Source: Antedon mediterranea
Taxonomy: Eukaryota; Animalia; Echinodermata
Assembly: GCF_964355755.1 (NCBI RefSeq)
Contig: NC_092680.1
Span: 6,138,001 to 6,202,000, forward strand
Reading direction: 5' to 3'
Length of the DNA: 64,000 bases
Shown piece by piece: positions 50,211 to 63,832 of this stretch (positions within the stretch are counted from its first letter, which is position 1; every line of letters starts with the position of its first letter). Below the pieces are notes generated by a model. That model saw only the letters and a list, made by a program, of their open reading frames with translations, did not search any database and was not told where the DNA came from. The position numbers were made by a program, and so were the translations under genes.

Positions 50211-51565
50211 CATTAGAAAAGTTATGTTAGTTTAGGCCTACATACTAATTGTTGGTTTGGAAAAAAGAACATTTCTAGTAAAGTATAAAACATATATTAT
50301 TGTAACCATTTACATTAGTCATATACTGATAGTAAATTACTAATCTACTAATAAAAATGCACATAATGTAAAATCATCTTTAACAACACGTCATTTTCTA
50401 AAATAAATTATTTACTAAACTAAGCGTGGAGAAAGATCTATAGTCTATATATAGTATAAAACATATATTATCTTAACCATTCACATTTGTCATACCGGTA
50501 GTAAATCAATGAATACCACTTTCGTTGTAAGAATTATGTTTTGTACAACACGTAAACGTGTACAGTATTAGTGGATTATCATTTCCTTTTCGAACCAATC
50601 ATTTATGATTACCAAACCGTTCCTTTTTATATTGTTTAATGTAACGATACGGGGTCTGCATCAATCTATTAAGCAGTACACCGTGTGAGAGAATGCTTAT
50701 CTTGCAGCTAATTGTAAAGTGCTGCAATTTTCAAACGAGTGCAATATGTTACAGCACGGTTAATTAAGTACACTCTACAAACTACTAAATAGAATTTGCA
50801 AATAATGTGGTGATGACATTGTAAAATCCAAGAATACTTTTCAATCCAAGTTATTAGTTTAATTTGTATTGATGTTTCGAGTAGAAAAAGCAACCGGTGC
50901 TCCAGACATAACACATATGTTACACAATATTTTGCATTGATGTTTATTATTGTATTTGATTGAATGGACGTCATCAATTACCGTAGTGTATATGTGCTTT
51001 TATAACTCAAAATCTCGCCAGTTTCATGTACTCACGCTCAGTCGGTTGATGGACTGTGAAGTGGCTCGCGATCTTTCAGCCTTAGGTGTAGTAGGCTTCG
51101 ACTTTTGACATTTTACAATTGGAATTGCATTCCAAGTTTAATGCATTGAATGGAGATACAAAACAATTAGCCTCCCCACTAATCACATTTGACATTAACA
51201 ACTAATGTTGGCATATATCACCATGGAGGAGACAGGGAAAATAATATGACAAAACATTTGTTATTTACTGAATCTGCAGTTATGCTACTATTTATCAAAA
51301 TTTAATTACACAGACCGCGCACCCACATGCAAACATTATCACCTGCGTGGTTATTAATCACGTGATTGATTTCCTGGTTTACCCAGATTTCCTTTCAGAC
51401 AAATTGGAATTACCGTATTTTATAAAAAAAACTCACCTAATCTACATCTTAAAACACAATCTATATCGCGATCATCATCATCATCACGACACGGGTGTTC
51501 AACAGCGTTTACTGCAAGAGAAAAACAAGCAAACTACAGTAAATGAAAAACAAACAGAACACCGA

Positions 51566-51766
51566 TGTGTGATGTACCCACATAAGGCCTATGGTAGTGA
51601 TATTTCCAAATATGGTAGTGATATGCCATCATCATGTCCATATATGGGCACATTACATTTATAAAGTTTGTTTGTAGAGCTTTAGTTTACAGTATGTGTC
51701 ATCATGTCCATCTATTGGCACATCACATTTTTTTGTCACATAAAGTTTGATAGTGTAGACATAGCT
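51566..51766. mobile_element. Rearranged and partly duplicated copy of the ~150-bp MITE family
   Basis: tgtgatgtaccc...atggtagtgatat...gggcacat...agtttgatagtgtagacatagct. The right part and the flank ttagtttacagtatgtg are duplicated. Confidence 0.75.
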
Positions 51767-52643
51767 TTAGTTTACAGTATGTGACAGAAATTCCAGTTTT
51801 GATCAAGAGCAAACTCATTGAACTATTCTTTTTTTTGCTTATTAAGTAAGTGGGCTTTAGTTTGTTGGAAGATTGCAAACTAAATAAAACCAGAAAGATT
51901 TGCTTTCAGTTAACATAAATTAATGAATCATGATTAAAGCAAATATCTTCGGTTAGGTTTAAAAAAGATTTATTAAAAGCAGTGCATTAGTGGTAGTAGT
52001 TCAAAGTACGGAGAAGACAATTAGAGTTCATCTCCATTAGTTCGAATGTACTATAGGACTAAATGGTGCATTTTCCAAATTGCATGTATTTGTCGTGTAC
52101 TTGCGCCTGCTGATAATGTTACAGAAGATACTGATAATTTAACAATCAATAATGCTCTCATCATAGTTCTGCTAATTACAACTGGAGTTCATTGAAAGTA
52201 TACGTTGGTATAAAGATGTATTGTCGATAACTATTTATATTTCTTATATTCTTATATTTCTTATTTATTAAAAAACAAGCTAAGGTGAACAGACACATAT
52301 AAAACAAGTCATCTTCTTTTATATCATATTTAAATGTTTAGTCCAATAAAATTAAAATATACATTTCTCACAAAAGCTACAATACAAGATATACAATGAA
52401 CGTTATTTAAGGACTGGAATTGATTTACGTAATTGTACCGTCGTGTGTTTAATCCTAGTGTGAACGAGCTACGAAAACATACAAGAATAAAGACCGACAT
52501 TCATTCGTTATTATTACGTTATTTAAGAGGCCATGCACTTGGTTGTAATTTCCAAGAATATCAGTAAAAGTTTGAAGTGCCGAACTATCTGATAAATAAA
52601 ACTTGATTGCCTAGTTTATTTGCTTGTCCTTTATAGACTACAA

Positions 52644-52798
52644 AGCTATGTAAACACAATCAAACTCAAACTGTGATGTCCCCATAATATATAGACATGA
52701 TGATGTCATATCACTATACCATATTTAAGCATATCAATATCGTTTTTGGGCACATCACACTTTTTTGTCACATACAGTTTGATAGTGTAGACAGAGCT
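52644..52798. mobile_element. ~150-bp MITE family copy
   Basis: TIRs agctatgtaaacacaatcaaact / agtttgatagtgtagacagagct, followed by TAA. Confidence 0.8.
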
Positions 52799-54899
52799 TA
52801 ATAGATCATTATACTTTATAGGCCTCGTATGTCGACTTTGAAATCCTTTTTTTCCTACATAGAACGGCATCATCTAAGAGATTAGTCTATCATGTTACCC
52901 GTAGGTAAATGTTGTACCATTGTAAGAAAAGCATAATTACTTATGTATGCAAATATTTATGAAATTCCATGCGGTATTGTAAAATATTCTTGCTTATTAA
53001 TTTATACAACTATATCGTTTTTTTTTCAAAAATGCAATCTGCATGTCAAATTATATCTACAAGTTATTTGTATGAAATTTAAACTTTAAACTATAATTTG
53101 CTGTCCTCCTCTATTACAAATTTAATGAGACGGAGGATGATTTAGAGCTTTTGTGAGTGGATTGCATCAAAAACATTTCCGTAATTCCGGTAAAAATTAT
53201 CATAGCATTATGTATACTTAAGATCTTATATTCCGGTTGTAAGCTCGTTAACTGATGACGAGATGGTTTAATCTTTCATTACAGCATAATTTAGAAACAT
53301 TAAATAAAAAAGCTGATGTTTAAGATGACGTTTATTAGAGGATACACTAAACAACACACTAACATGAAAAAACAACGATCAATGTTTTACAAAATATTTG
53401 TTTGTAATGGGCCAACGTCAAAATGAATGTTTTTGTTCGTTTCGTTGAAAATCACCATTTGGTAACTTGTTTTATTAGATTGCATTTATACAATGGATAC
53501 ACAAACTAATTTTTCTAAAATAGTATGGTAATGAATTATTATCTGCGCACTATATATTATAATTATATCAACTAACCACTAAAGCAATTAATTAATCGTA
53601 ATGGATTGCAATTGTGACCACTATCATAAAGTAACCAGGAAATGTTTAGATCCAGCGAATGGTAGCGTTTCTTAGCTTAGTTAGCCAATGAACGAGGTCA
53701 TTTGTTAGTTGAATAATTCACCAGTTTTAAAGTCAAGTTGGTAGTCGCACTTTATAATTAAAAAGTATCTTTTTAAAATAGACCTATCGGTTACAAATTA
53801 ATATCATGTTTTGTATATACACTTCATTTTCTAATTGTTACTTAATATTACTGATTGTACTCACTGCATTTTTACTGAGTTTTACCTTTTTTCAATAAAT
53901 ATTTTAATTTTTCAAATGTTATCTTGCAAATTTGACTAAAATTAGTTTAAGAAAATGTACTGACTACAAGGCCTGCATTTAGCAACTCCAGGCTAAATAT
54001 AACATTACTTCTAATAACATTCTTTCGTATTTCGTGTATAGTAACATAGAACGAACAGTTTACAATTAGAAAATTCAGACAACTCCAGATATGTATAAAA
54101 GTTAAAAAAGTTCATTATTTTGAGTGCAACACGTTTTTCACAGATTTAAAACTGGTGTAATATTACATTTTGGTCATACACTACAATTTCCTTAGCCAAT
54201 CAATCGTCTTCTTATCATTGTATATTAAAACATATGACACTTCAAATCGTAGCTTGGTAGAAAAGCACCATTATTTATATATTCGTGACAAATTGCTCAC
54301 TTCTGCCACTTTCTTATAAATAATTCAGAAAACATGATCTATAATTATTTTTTAAAAATGAAAAGCACTTAAAAGAAATCGACTGCGGCGTAAACGCTGG
54401 GGGGTAATCACAAGACATGCACTTAACTCAATGTTATCCTTACGTAATGAGATAATGCGTTTCTTTCATGAGATTTAACCTTGGTGTTGGCCGGATCAAA
54501 TAATATAGTAATTATACATTTTGTCTACCGACATACGAACTCATAATACTACCTAAAATGTATAGTTGTTGAGAGGAGAATTATGTCCGTAATGCATAGT
54601 TAATGGGATGTCTTAGAAATATTACATTGTAGAAGCAATAGATAGTTGACGACAAATGACGCCAGAATCCAGATATCACCTGAAGCTCGATATGGAAATA
54701 GTATAGAAATATTCATAACCTGAGCCAATTTTAACAAGTGACACAGGAAAGGAAATTATATAAAGAATATCCTGTAGGTAGATAATGTCCGACTTGTTTT
54801 ATGTTACTTTACCAACGGCAATGTATCTTAAATAGTAACTTGATGATAACAATGCTTCAGCAACTTAGTTCTCATTGCTACTTTAAATTACTGTATATA

Positions 54900-55356
54900 A
54901 GGCACATTGAATATTGTTCTAAAATAACATTGGAGAATGGAACTAGCCACAGTAATAGGCCTATAGTAACTTTAATAGGGCTTTTAAATTACTATATATA
55001 AGGGAGTCACATTGAATACGGTATTGTTCTAAAGAAAAGACCGTGGTAATTTGACGTAATACGTAAAATAACATCGGAGAATGAAACTAGCCACAATAAT
55101 AGGCCTATAGTAACTTTAGGCCTAATAGGGCTTTTAAATGTCACATTGAATATTGTTCTAAAGAAAAGACCGTGGTAATTTGACGTAAGTGATAAGTAAA
55201 TAACATTGGAGAACGGAACTAGCTATAGGCCTATACTGTAGTAACTTTAATAGGCCTTTTTAGTTATTTACCCATTATAGTAAATGTAGGACCCTATACT
55301 GTTAATAACTTTAATAGGCCTTTTTAGTTATTTACCCATTATAGTAAATGTAGGAC
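54900..55356. repeat. Cluster of short local direct duplications
   Basis: cacattgaatattgttctaaa, aataacattggagaatggaactagc and agaaaagaccgtggtaatttgacgtaa each recur 2-3 times. There is a ~65-bp tandem duplication at about 55233-55356. Confidence 0.75.
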
Positions 55357-57898
55357 ATTATACAAAATCTAACTACACAAAGGCCTACATTTTTCTTTTT
55401 CAGGTATAAATCACTAATTGAGAGCAACATCAATAGCAGACAAAATCTGAATTATTAGAAATAGTTTTTATACCACAGTTGTAAAAATATTAATTTATTT
55501 GGTCCTCTCTTTTACAAAAAAAGAGACAGAATGGTTTCAACCACAAAACAATATTTAAAAGGTGTTTGAAGTAAATGAAACAGATACAACAAACACACAA
55601 ATAAAGATACTGTAAACACTCCCGCACAGGAAAAGAATTAGTTGATCAGTAAAAGTAAATCAAAAGAAATTAAATACACATTTTTTAGAACAAAATCAAC
55701 GTGAATAGGCTAGCACACTCATGTATGAGCGCTTCTACCATATACAAACTAAATACGTATACATTTACAAATGTAAGTAAAAGTAAAAATACAATAAATG
55801 GTTTTAATTTGTAGGGTTATTAAACATTAGCCTAATTGAACAATATTGCAATGTCACAAGTGAATAAGTACACTTTGATGCTGTAAATCGGTAACATTAT
55901 ACAATTTAAGATTTCACAAAGATTACTATCAACAAAACAATTCTAACTAATATTATCAAACAACAGACGTTAGGTTTGAATTTAAGAAAACAGCGAACAA
56001 ACATTATACCCTTTTTCTTAAGCTTCCTATTAATAGATAATCACGCGACAACAGTGATTATTCATATTCATTCACATCAACCATTACATTTCGTAAAGCA
56101 AGCTATTATAAACTTCATACAATTAGGCTAAAACGGTGCCGTTCATAGTTATTTAACCGGATAATGAGCACAGACCTTAGTAATATTGGTGGGTACCTGA
56201 AAAGGTCCTATGCATAGCAATTCCTCAACACTCTGGCCCACCCTCTTAATTTTTGATATAAATATATATGGTAGTATAATATGAATGGATGTGAGGTAAC
56301 TTAAAGGCCAAGAAAGTAGCATATAAGTATCATTTATATTTATTTATTTAACCAGGCCAAAAAAACCCATAAACTCACCGGCAGAGAACTGTATTCAATT
56401 CACCATCATCTTTGTACCAATGTATCGTACACATTAAAAAAACTCCGCTATCGTCAGTTCAAAACAAGACCGTTGGGAAAGACTTGAAAGCGTGTATGTC
56501 CTCCAAGAGCACAAACGTTTCTGATTGTTAAGCATGAACTAACATCATGTACACAATCAAAAGCATTCTCAAGTGACAAACGCGACGGCTGTCAACTGAC
56601 ACACAGTCGGATCAACCAATACGGTATTAATGACGGTTATATTTACCTGTGTTTTATCTACGCATGCGAAGTGAAATGCACGTGTATTCCATAAAACGGT
56701 TACGATTACTCGCAAGGTCTCACAGACCTAACTATGATTATTGAAGGTAGCTTTTTGAATTATTTTCAGACGGGAATAATCTTGAAAATGATGGATTACC
56801 TGTAGATTTACTGTTCAAGCTGACTTTAATATGTTCACATTCGCGTGGACACGAACATGTTGTTGGAACACTTATCAATAACCAGTACAACCAGAGAAGG
56901 CTAAGGACAGATACAAATAATCTTAAATGTTAAACCATATAGATCATAATTATTATCTCATGGTTAAACCGGCCGTAAATTTTGTTAATATTCCACGGTC
57001 TATTACCATCAGTTGCTTTTGTTTGAAATTTCGCCAGGGGCGCCGAGAAAGATGCCCCGGTTATATTAGTTTCCGTAAAGATAATGAGATTTCCGCAATA
57101 CATTTTCGCTATTAAACAGGAACATTTTATTTTATAAAACAAGTATTTAATCTTTCACTTTCACATAAATTAATGGCACAAACATTAAAGGTCGTACGTA
57201 TTATAATATTGCTTTATAGTTAAATAAACATGTGAGATGGATCTTGATGTTAATCAACTTAATTGTTTGTTTGAGATGTCCACGTCCTTTGATTTGTAAA
57301 CGATATCGCGTAGTTTGTACTATAAATACAATCTACTTCGACAAACTTAATATTTTCTTTTGATAAACACACAGGCGTTTACTTGTCAGTATTCCCGAAG
57401 ATAAATGGATAGATATGATGGCTTGGTGAGACAGAGAGCGTAGAGCAAATAATCCAACTAATGAAGAGGAAAGTTAATTGGATTCGTTATCAATATGTAA
57501 ATAATATAAATTGATTTAATCCTCTTTTAGTATACAAAGCAATCAGTATTAATGTTATTCTCTTGAATTATAATTAAGTATTCGTGTACTCGGCTTTAAA
57601 ATGCGTTTCTGAGGCTTGACGCAAACATGTTAAATGAACAATGAATCGGTAGTATACCGCGACCAAAACGCGTTACAGAACGCTCAGTGGCTTGGTACAA
57701 CCATATTCCGCAACAGTGCCATTCGTTTCTCTTTTTTTGTCTCCAGATTTAGCATGTCTTTTTTTTATTATACATAATGTAATTGAAAACGAATTTTAGG
57801 CCTATCTCAAGTGTAATTACCAAAAAATAAGACGTGTATGCCTATAATAAAGGAATCGTTATTAATATAGTGTTTAACGAAACGGTTATATTGAGTAG

Positions 57899-58078
57899 TT
57901 CAAAGTTGCAGTCGCTAAAATATGGAATAACCTACCAACTGAAACTAAATATTCACCAACAATTTCTTCATTTAAAGCTATAGATATCGTTTTTCTCTGA
58001 TTTTAGACAGGACCACAATACAAAACAGGTTCTTTTACCTGTATAAAGATGTTATTAAATAAACAAATAAATAAAAAA
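57899..58078 (+). mobile_element. Old CR1/L2-type LINE 3' remnant
   Basis: Translates as FKVAVAKIWNNLPTETKYSPTISSFK, followed by a short UTR and an (AAAT)n-like tail. Confidence 0.6.
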
Positions 58079-58724
58079 TGAAGGAAATGCTGGTCTGATC
58101 CATAACAGACATATGCAGTAGATACTGTTTGCATTCAGGAGAGCATAAAATGCAGTGGCGTAGTCCACATTTGCTATAGCATAATAATGTGACTTGCCGG
58201 AATTACACATGGGCCATGCTACATTTCCACTACTGTCATTGTTAATTGTAAATTATGACATTTAAAATATTATATTATTCGTAAAGTAACATAACTAATA
58301 ATAGAATTAACTTACGCATATTGTTAAAATTAGCATAAGCATATAATTGAACAAAGCGGAATGAATGAATGAATGAATTATATTTCAATATAATTAGTGA
58401 TTAATGATGCAAAAATCAGAATATGTTATCAATTAGGCAAATGTCGGACAATAATACAACACACTACAAGTTAGGATATTTGGAACCACCTAAAAATACC
58501 GTTTATAAAAGCAGTATCGCTGAAGAGAATTACATGATTGTAAATGAAAATGAAGTAATTACAATTATAGCAACACATTCTCTATGAAATTAACAACACA
58601 AAGAGAACACATTCAGCAACTTCGATTGACATTAATGGTGGTCAAAGTAATCGGGTCATTCCAATACGAGAAAGAAAACTGTAACCAATTAACAACCAAC
58701 AAGAAAAACCAACATCTGCTCTAA

Positions 58725-58867
58725 AGCTCGGTCTACACTATCAAACTAGTTTGATGTGCCCAATGGTAGTGATATCTTCAAATATGGTAGTGATATGACA
58801 TCATCATGTTCATTGATTAGCACATCATGTTTATTGTCATATAAAGTTTGATAGTGTAAACAGAGTT
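58725..58867. mobile_element. ~150-bp MITE family copy
   Basis: TAA-agctcggtctacactatcaaact...agtttgatagtgtaaacagagtt. Confidence 0.8.
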
Positions 58868-60111
58868 TTAGATGCCCATTGCAGTACACCAAACTCAGTT
58901 AATAACAACAGTCGTTTAATTAAAGAAGTGATTGTAAATGTAAGTGGAACACGTATCAAAGTCTGAATGACATATGAAGACGATAATTTCTTAATCTCAA
59001 AAACAAAAACATTCAAGATTTTTTTTATTGCTAGGTCAACTAAAGTAATAAAAATGGAAAACAGATTTCAACGAACAAAATATCCAAGGTAAGTCACCAT
59101 CCAGAAGATTAAGAAATACAAACAGTTTTCGTAAAACTCTAACGATTATAGGAAGATGAAACTCATGGACTGAATCACTAAAAACATTATTACCAGAATA
59201 AACCATTTAAACATCGATCAGAAGCAGATTAAACACATTGTATTATTGTTAAGCTTTTGGACTATGCTACTGTAGTTTACGCTTGCTACAACCATTCTAT
59301 TATAATTTCTCTTATTTCTGTTACTCAATATGTTATCGTATAAGTTACATGCTTAAAAGTGTTCGAATTATATATAAATATTTACGGCAATTCATATTTT
59401 TAAAATAATATATATAATAAAGGTGAAAATTATGTATATAGATGAATGTGTATGTTTACATGTAATACTTAAAATAATAATAATAATATTAATAAAAAAC
59501 TGCTCAATTAATTGATATTGCAGTCTATGAACTAAATGGAGATAAGAGTGCAATATTTTCTCGTATAATATACATTATACTTAAAAGTGTTTATAATAAT
59601 ATATAAATATTTACGGTCATTCATATTTATTACAATGATATATATACTAAAGGTGAAAATTATGTATACAGATGAATGTATATGTTTGGGTTTGTGTGTA
59701 AGTGTGCGGGTTATTATCAGTGTACACCTTACAATGCATTTGATGTATGTTCTTAAGCATAAAAACACAGTTAATGAGTAAACAAGTTTTTTATTTAAAT
59801 TAACATACAATTGGTTTTGAAAATAGATGAGTTAACAAAAATAATTTTCAGTAACAGTATGATACTAAAGGTTAAAATTATAAATGATATTAAGGGAAAA
59901 ACAGACAATTCTGAAAAAGGTAGAAAATGTAAAAAAAAAATTATATAATGAAACATTGAATGAATAAAGGAGGTGGTGAACCACAAAAGAAAAAAAAACC
60001 CAAAACAAATGAAACAAACATAGGCCTATGTACAAAAAACAAAAACGGTCTGAATCTCCGGTGGGACACTCCCCCTGCGGTGAAAAAAGGGGGAAATGCC
60101 ACTCTACCTAA

Positions 60112-61601
60112 AGGCTGGTTTCCTGTCGACGTAAGAAGTCGAATTTTGCAACGATTCTTGCGTTTCATACGTTTCTTACGTCTCTTACGAAAGTTGAGAA
60201 AAAAATTGACGTCGTTGACGTTAGTTAAGATCGTGTCGGGCCGTAGAAAAACATCTGTAGTTATGCTGCTCCCGAAAGTTGAAATTTTAGCTGTGAAACA
60301 CACGTCGTATGCTTACGTAGATTTTAGTTTTGTTACGAAAGTTGAAATTTTTTTCTTACGTCGGTCAGATTTATGACGTATTTGAAACAACATCTCTGAT
60401 TGGTGTTTCTTTTTAGAGCGGGTTTTATCATTTTTCGCGCGAAATGTTGAATGATGTTATTGTACCTGTAGCAGGCTACTCAGCATCAGTGTCAGTGCAA
60501 CTCAGCATCAGTGTCAGTGCAGCACACCAATATATTATTCTTAGTAGATAGGCTAGGCCCTAGTATTAGTAATAATACTTAATTAATACTGTACTAATAG
60601 GAATTGATTTGACCAAAATCTAATCAAACTAGCCTATAAGGAGCCTAGGCTAGTAGGCCTATGTATTATTGTATGAATCAAAATATGAATGAATTATCCT
60701 GGCCCTTTAGGCCTAGCCTTAAATAGTTTTCAAAATTAAATAAAGGCAAATCATTTCGGGATTCCTATTATTATTAGACCTACCTAGGCCCTAGGCTAGG
60801 CCTTGGCCTATGGGCCCAGGCATACTCTAATCGAGCATGAGATAGTACTACCGCAGTAAGATATCCATTATTTACAGGCCTATAATAAGAATAAATTTAA
60901 CAAAACAATATAAATTATACAAAATCAAGCAAACAATTTTTTTTTAAAGTTACATAATAATATTATAATGCTTACAAAGGGGCTTTCTATATCTTATCTT
61001 GTTGCAAATGTTCATTTTCGTGACGTTTCTACCGATGCTGATTGTTTATTGCACGTCCATAAATAAGAGTATTAGATTTTGATATGAGTTGTAAACTCCC
61101 TGATTAGAACATTATTAGGCCTATATTGAAACTACTGTGCATTTGTAAAGTATGTACAACATCGTAAAGTGGGCTAAAATTATAGTAGTAAATACATACA
61201 AATGTTATTGTCCGGCTTTATTTCACTATAAGGACATACACATTACGTCATAACTCCTGTCGCTCATTGGTTGCTTGTTACGATTGCGCTTACGTCTCTT
61301 GCGAAAGTTGACTTCAAGTCAACTTTCGTAAGAGACGTAAGAAACGTGACGCAAGGGCGTTCATTCAAGCGTAAGATAAAAAATCCCGGTTTCCTGTAAA
61401 ATCGGAAGAAAACGTCGTAACGCAACAATTGTTAGGTCATCGGTTTCCTGTAAAATCGTTTGTCGTTACCATTTTTCTTACGTTGCGTCAATTTTGTAAA
61501 TTTTCGATCGTAATCGGTTTCCTGTAAAATCCGCATTTCTTACGACAAATCGACGTAGTCGCAACAAAAGTGATGTTCTTACGTCGACAGGAAACCAGCC
61601 T
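60112..61601 (+). mobile_element. Non-autonomous PIF/Harbinger-type DNA transposon, copy 1 (1490 bp)
   Basis: Perfect 26-bp TIR aggctggtttcctgtcgacgtaagaa with a TAA target duplication at 60109-60111 and 61602-61604. Subterminal repeats ggtttcctgtaaaat. No transposase ORF. Confidence 0.92.
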
Positions 61602-61619
61602 TAATAGCGACGCACATAA

Positions 61620-63832
61620 AGGCTGGTTTCCTGTCGACGTAAGAACATCACTTTTGTTGCGACTACGTCGATTTGTCGTAAGAAATGCGGATTTTACAGG
61701 AAACCGATTACGATCGAAAATTTATAAAATCGACGCAACGTAAGAAAAATGGTAACGACAAACGATTTTACAGGAAACCGATGACCTAACAATTGTTGCG
61801 TTACGACGTTTTCTTCCGATTTTACAGGAAACCGGGATTTTTTATCTTACGCTTGAATGAACGCCCTTGCGTCACGTTTCTTACGTCTCTTACGAAAGTT
61901 GACTTGAAGTCAACTTTCGCAAGAGACGTAAGCGCAATCGTAACAAGCAACCAATGAGCGACAAGAGTTATGACGTAATGTGTATGTCCTTATAGTGAAA
62001 TAAAGCCGGACAATAACATTTGTATGTATTTACTACTATAATTTTTGCCTAATCATGTTCTAATCAGGGAGTTTTAGGGTTGAGGGATGGGAAAGCGGAT
62101 AGGTGCAAAGAGGAACAATTTTTAAATATATTCTTTATGCACTCAGTAACGAAATATTTTTTTCATGTTTTATAGGCCTATAATTAATATACCTCTAAAT
62201 ACAGTAAAACATTTGCGATTTAATACTTTGTTAAAACTGTCACTGTCATAATCGATTGAAATATAGTCACGATACACCACTACGACGTTTATATTTTTGG
62301 TAATTATTAATTAATACAAACGTTGAGAAGGAACTGTCAGTATAGTTTATTTTTATATAATAATGTGTTTATATATCTAACAGTAGAGCCTATCCACAAT
62401 CTCAGTAATAAGTTTATTTGTATATATTTTTATATTACATCAACAGTACGAACATTCACAGTAAGAAATTTTCGATTCAAATGAGGACCAAAAATAGGTA
62501 ATTATGTATTTACAGTATTGTTCAAGTTTATTCTCAAAGGGCCCATATATTTACCTACCGTATGTGTTAAACCAAGGGCTCATAAATTTACCTACTTGTG
62601 TTAAACCAAACTCTGGCAGACTGAGAGATTGGGATGTTCCATTCATCGCAAATCAATACATTTGTATAATCGTATATTAAATCAAAATAGTATTTTTTAA
62701 AGAAAATCGGCCTGTCTTCAACATTATGATGCTGTACTCTAGCTGTTCAACCGGTTTTCAGCTATTAAAAACAATTATCGTAGGAGGAGATAGGAAAATG
62801 CGAAGCCTCCTCGCATTTTTGTGGCGGGTATTTTTTAAGATGGACATCCATTATTAGACAGTGTATACCACGATCGGAAAACACCCCTATTTGGGGCAAA
62901 TCGTTGAACCTAAATTCGTTTTAATCGTCAATAACTAATTATCTAACTTAATTTAATTAGTAAACAGGGTTACATCAGGTGGTTAAAATCAGTACCGAAA
63001 GTACGAACCAACTTTATATACCATCGAGTAAAAATTCTAGAAGTAAAGCGCGATTTACCGAATTTTGCCCTTACGTAAATTTATATATAGATTATAGGCC
63101 TGTAAATAATGGGTATCTTACTGCGGTAGTAGGCCTACTATCTCATGCTCGATTAGATATGCTTATAGGCCAATAGGCCAATGCCTAGTTTAGGGCCTAG
63201 GTAGGTCTAATAATAATAGGAATCTCGAAATGATTTGCCTTTTTTTAATTTTGAAAACTATTTAAGGCTAGGCCTAGAGGGCCAGGATAATTAATTCATA
63301 TTTTGATTCATACAAATAATACATAGGCCTACTAGCCTAGGCTAGTTTGATTATTTGGTCAAATCAATTCCTATTAGTACGGTACCGTACAGTATTAATT
63401 AAGTATTTTACTAATACTACTAGGGCCTAGCTTATCTACTGAAAATATAACATGTTGGTGTGCTGCACTGACAGGTAGGCTACAATAACAACATTCAACA
63501 TTTTGCGCGAAAAATGATAAACCCGCTCTAAAAAGAAACACCAATCAGAGATGTTGTTTCAAATACGTCATAAATCCGACCGACATAAGAAAAAAATTTT
63601 CAACTTTCGTAACAACACTAAAATCGACGTAAGCATACGACGTGTGTTTCACAGCCAAAATTTCAACTTTCGGGAGCAGCATAACTACAGATGTTTCTCT
63701 GCGGCCCGACACGATCTTGACTAACGTCAACGACGTCAATTTTTTCTCAACTTTCGTAAGAGACGTAAGAAACGTATGAAACGCAAGAATCGTTGCAAAA
63801 TTCGACTTCTTACGTCGACAGGAAACCAGCCT
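61620..63832 (-). mobile_element. Non-autonomous PIF/Harbinger-type DNA transposon, copy 2, inverted, carrying a Helitron insertion
   Basis: Same TIRs, with TAA at 61617-61619 and 63833-63835. It is the reverse complement of copy 1 apart from the 62076-63091 insert and some indels. Confidence 0.92.
62076..63091 (-). mobile_element. 3'-truncated copy of the Helitron at 42766-44323, nested in transposon copy 2
   Basis: Colinear with 43052-44323 but without the 262-bp duplication. It has the same 5' TCTATATATA end, inserted at the A|T of ggcctataa|taag seen uninterrupted in copy 1 (about 60885). The hairpin/CTAG end is missing. Confidence 0.88.

Noticed and set aside
59941-60376. Overlapping 120-aa and 138-aa ORFs, and the related 64-aa ORF at 63545-63739
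   Set aside because: They run across the transposon TIR and subterminal repeats, have no DDE or Myb motifs, and recur only because the element is duplicated.
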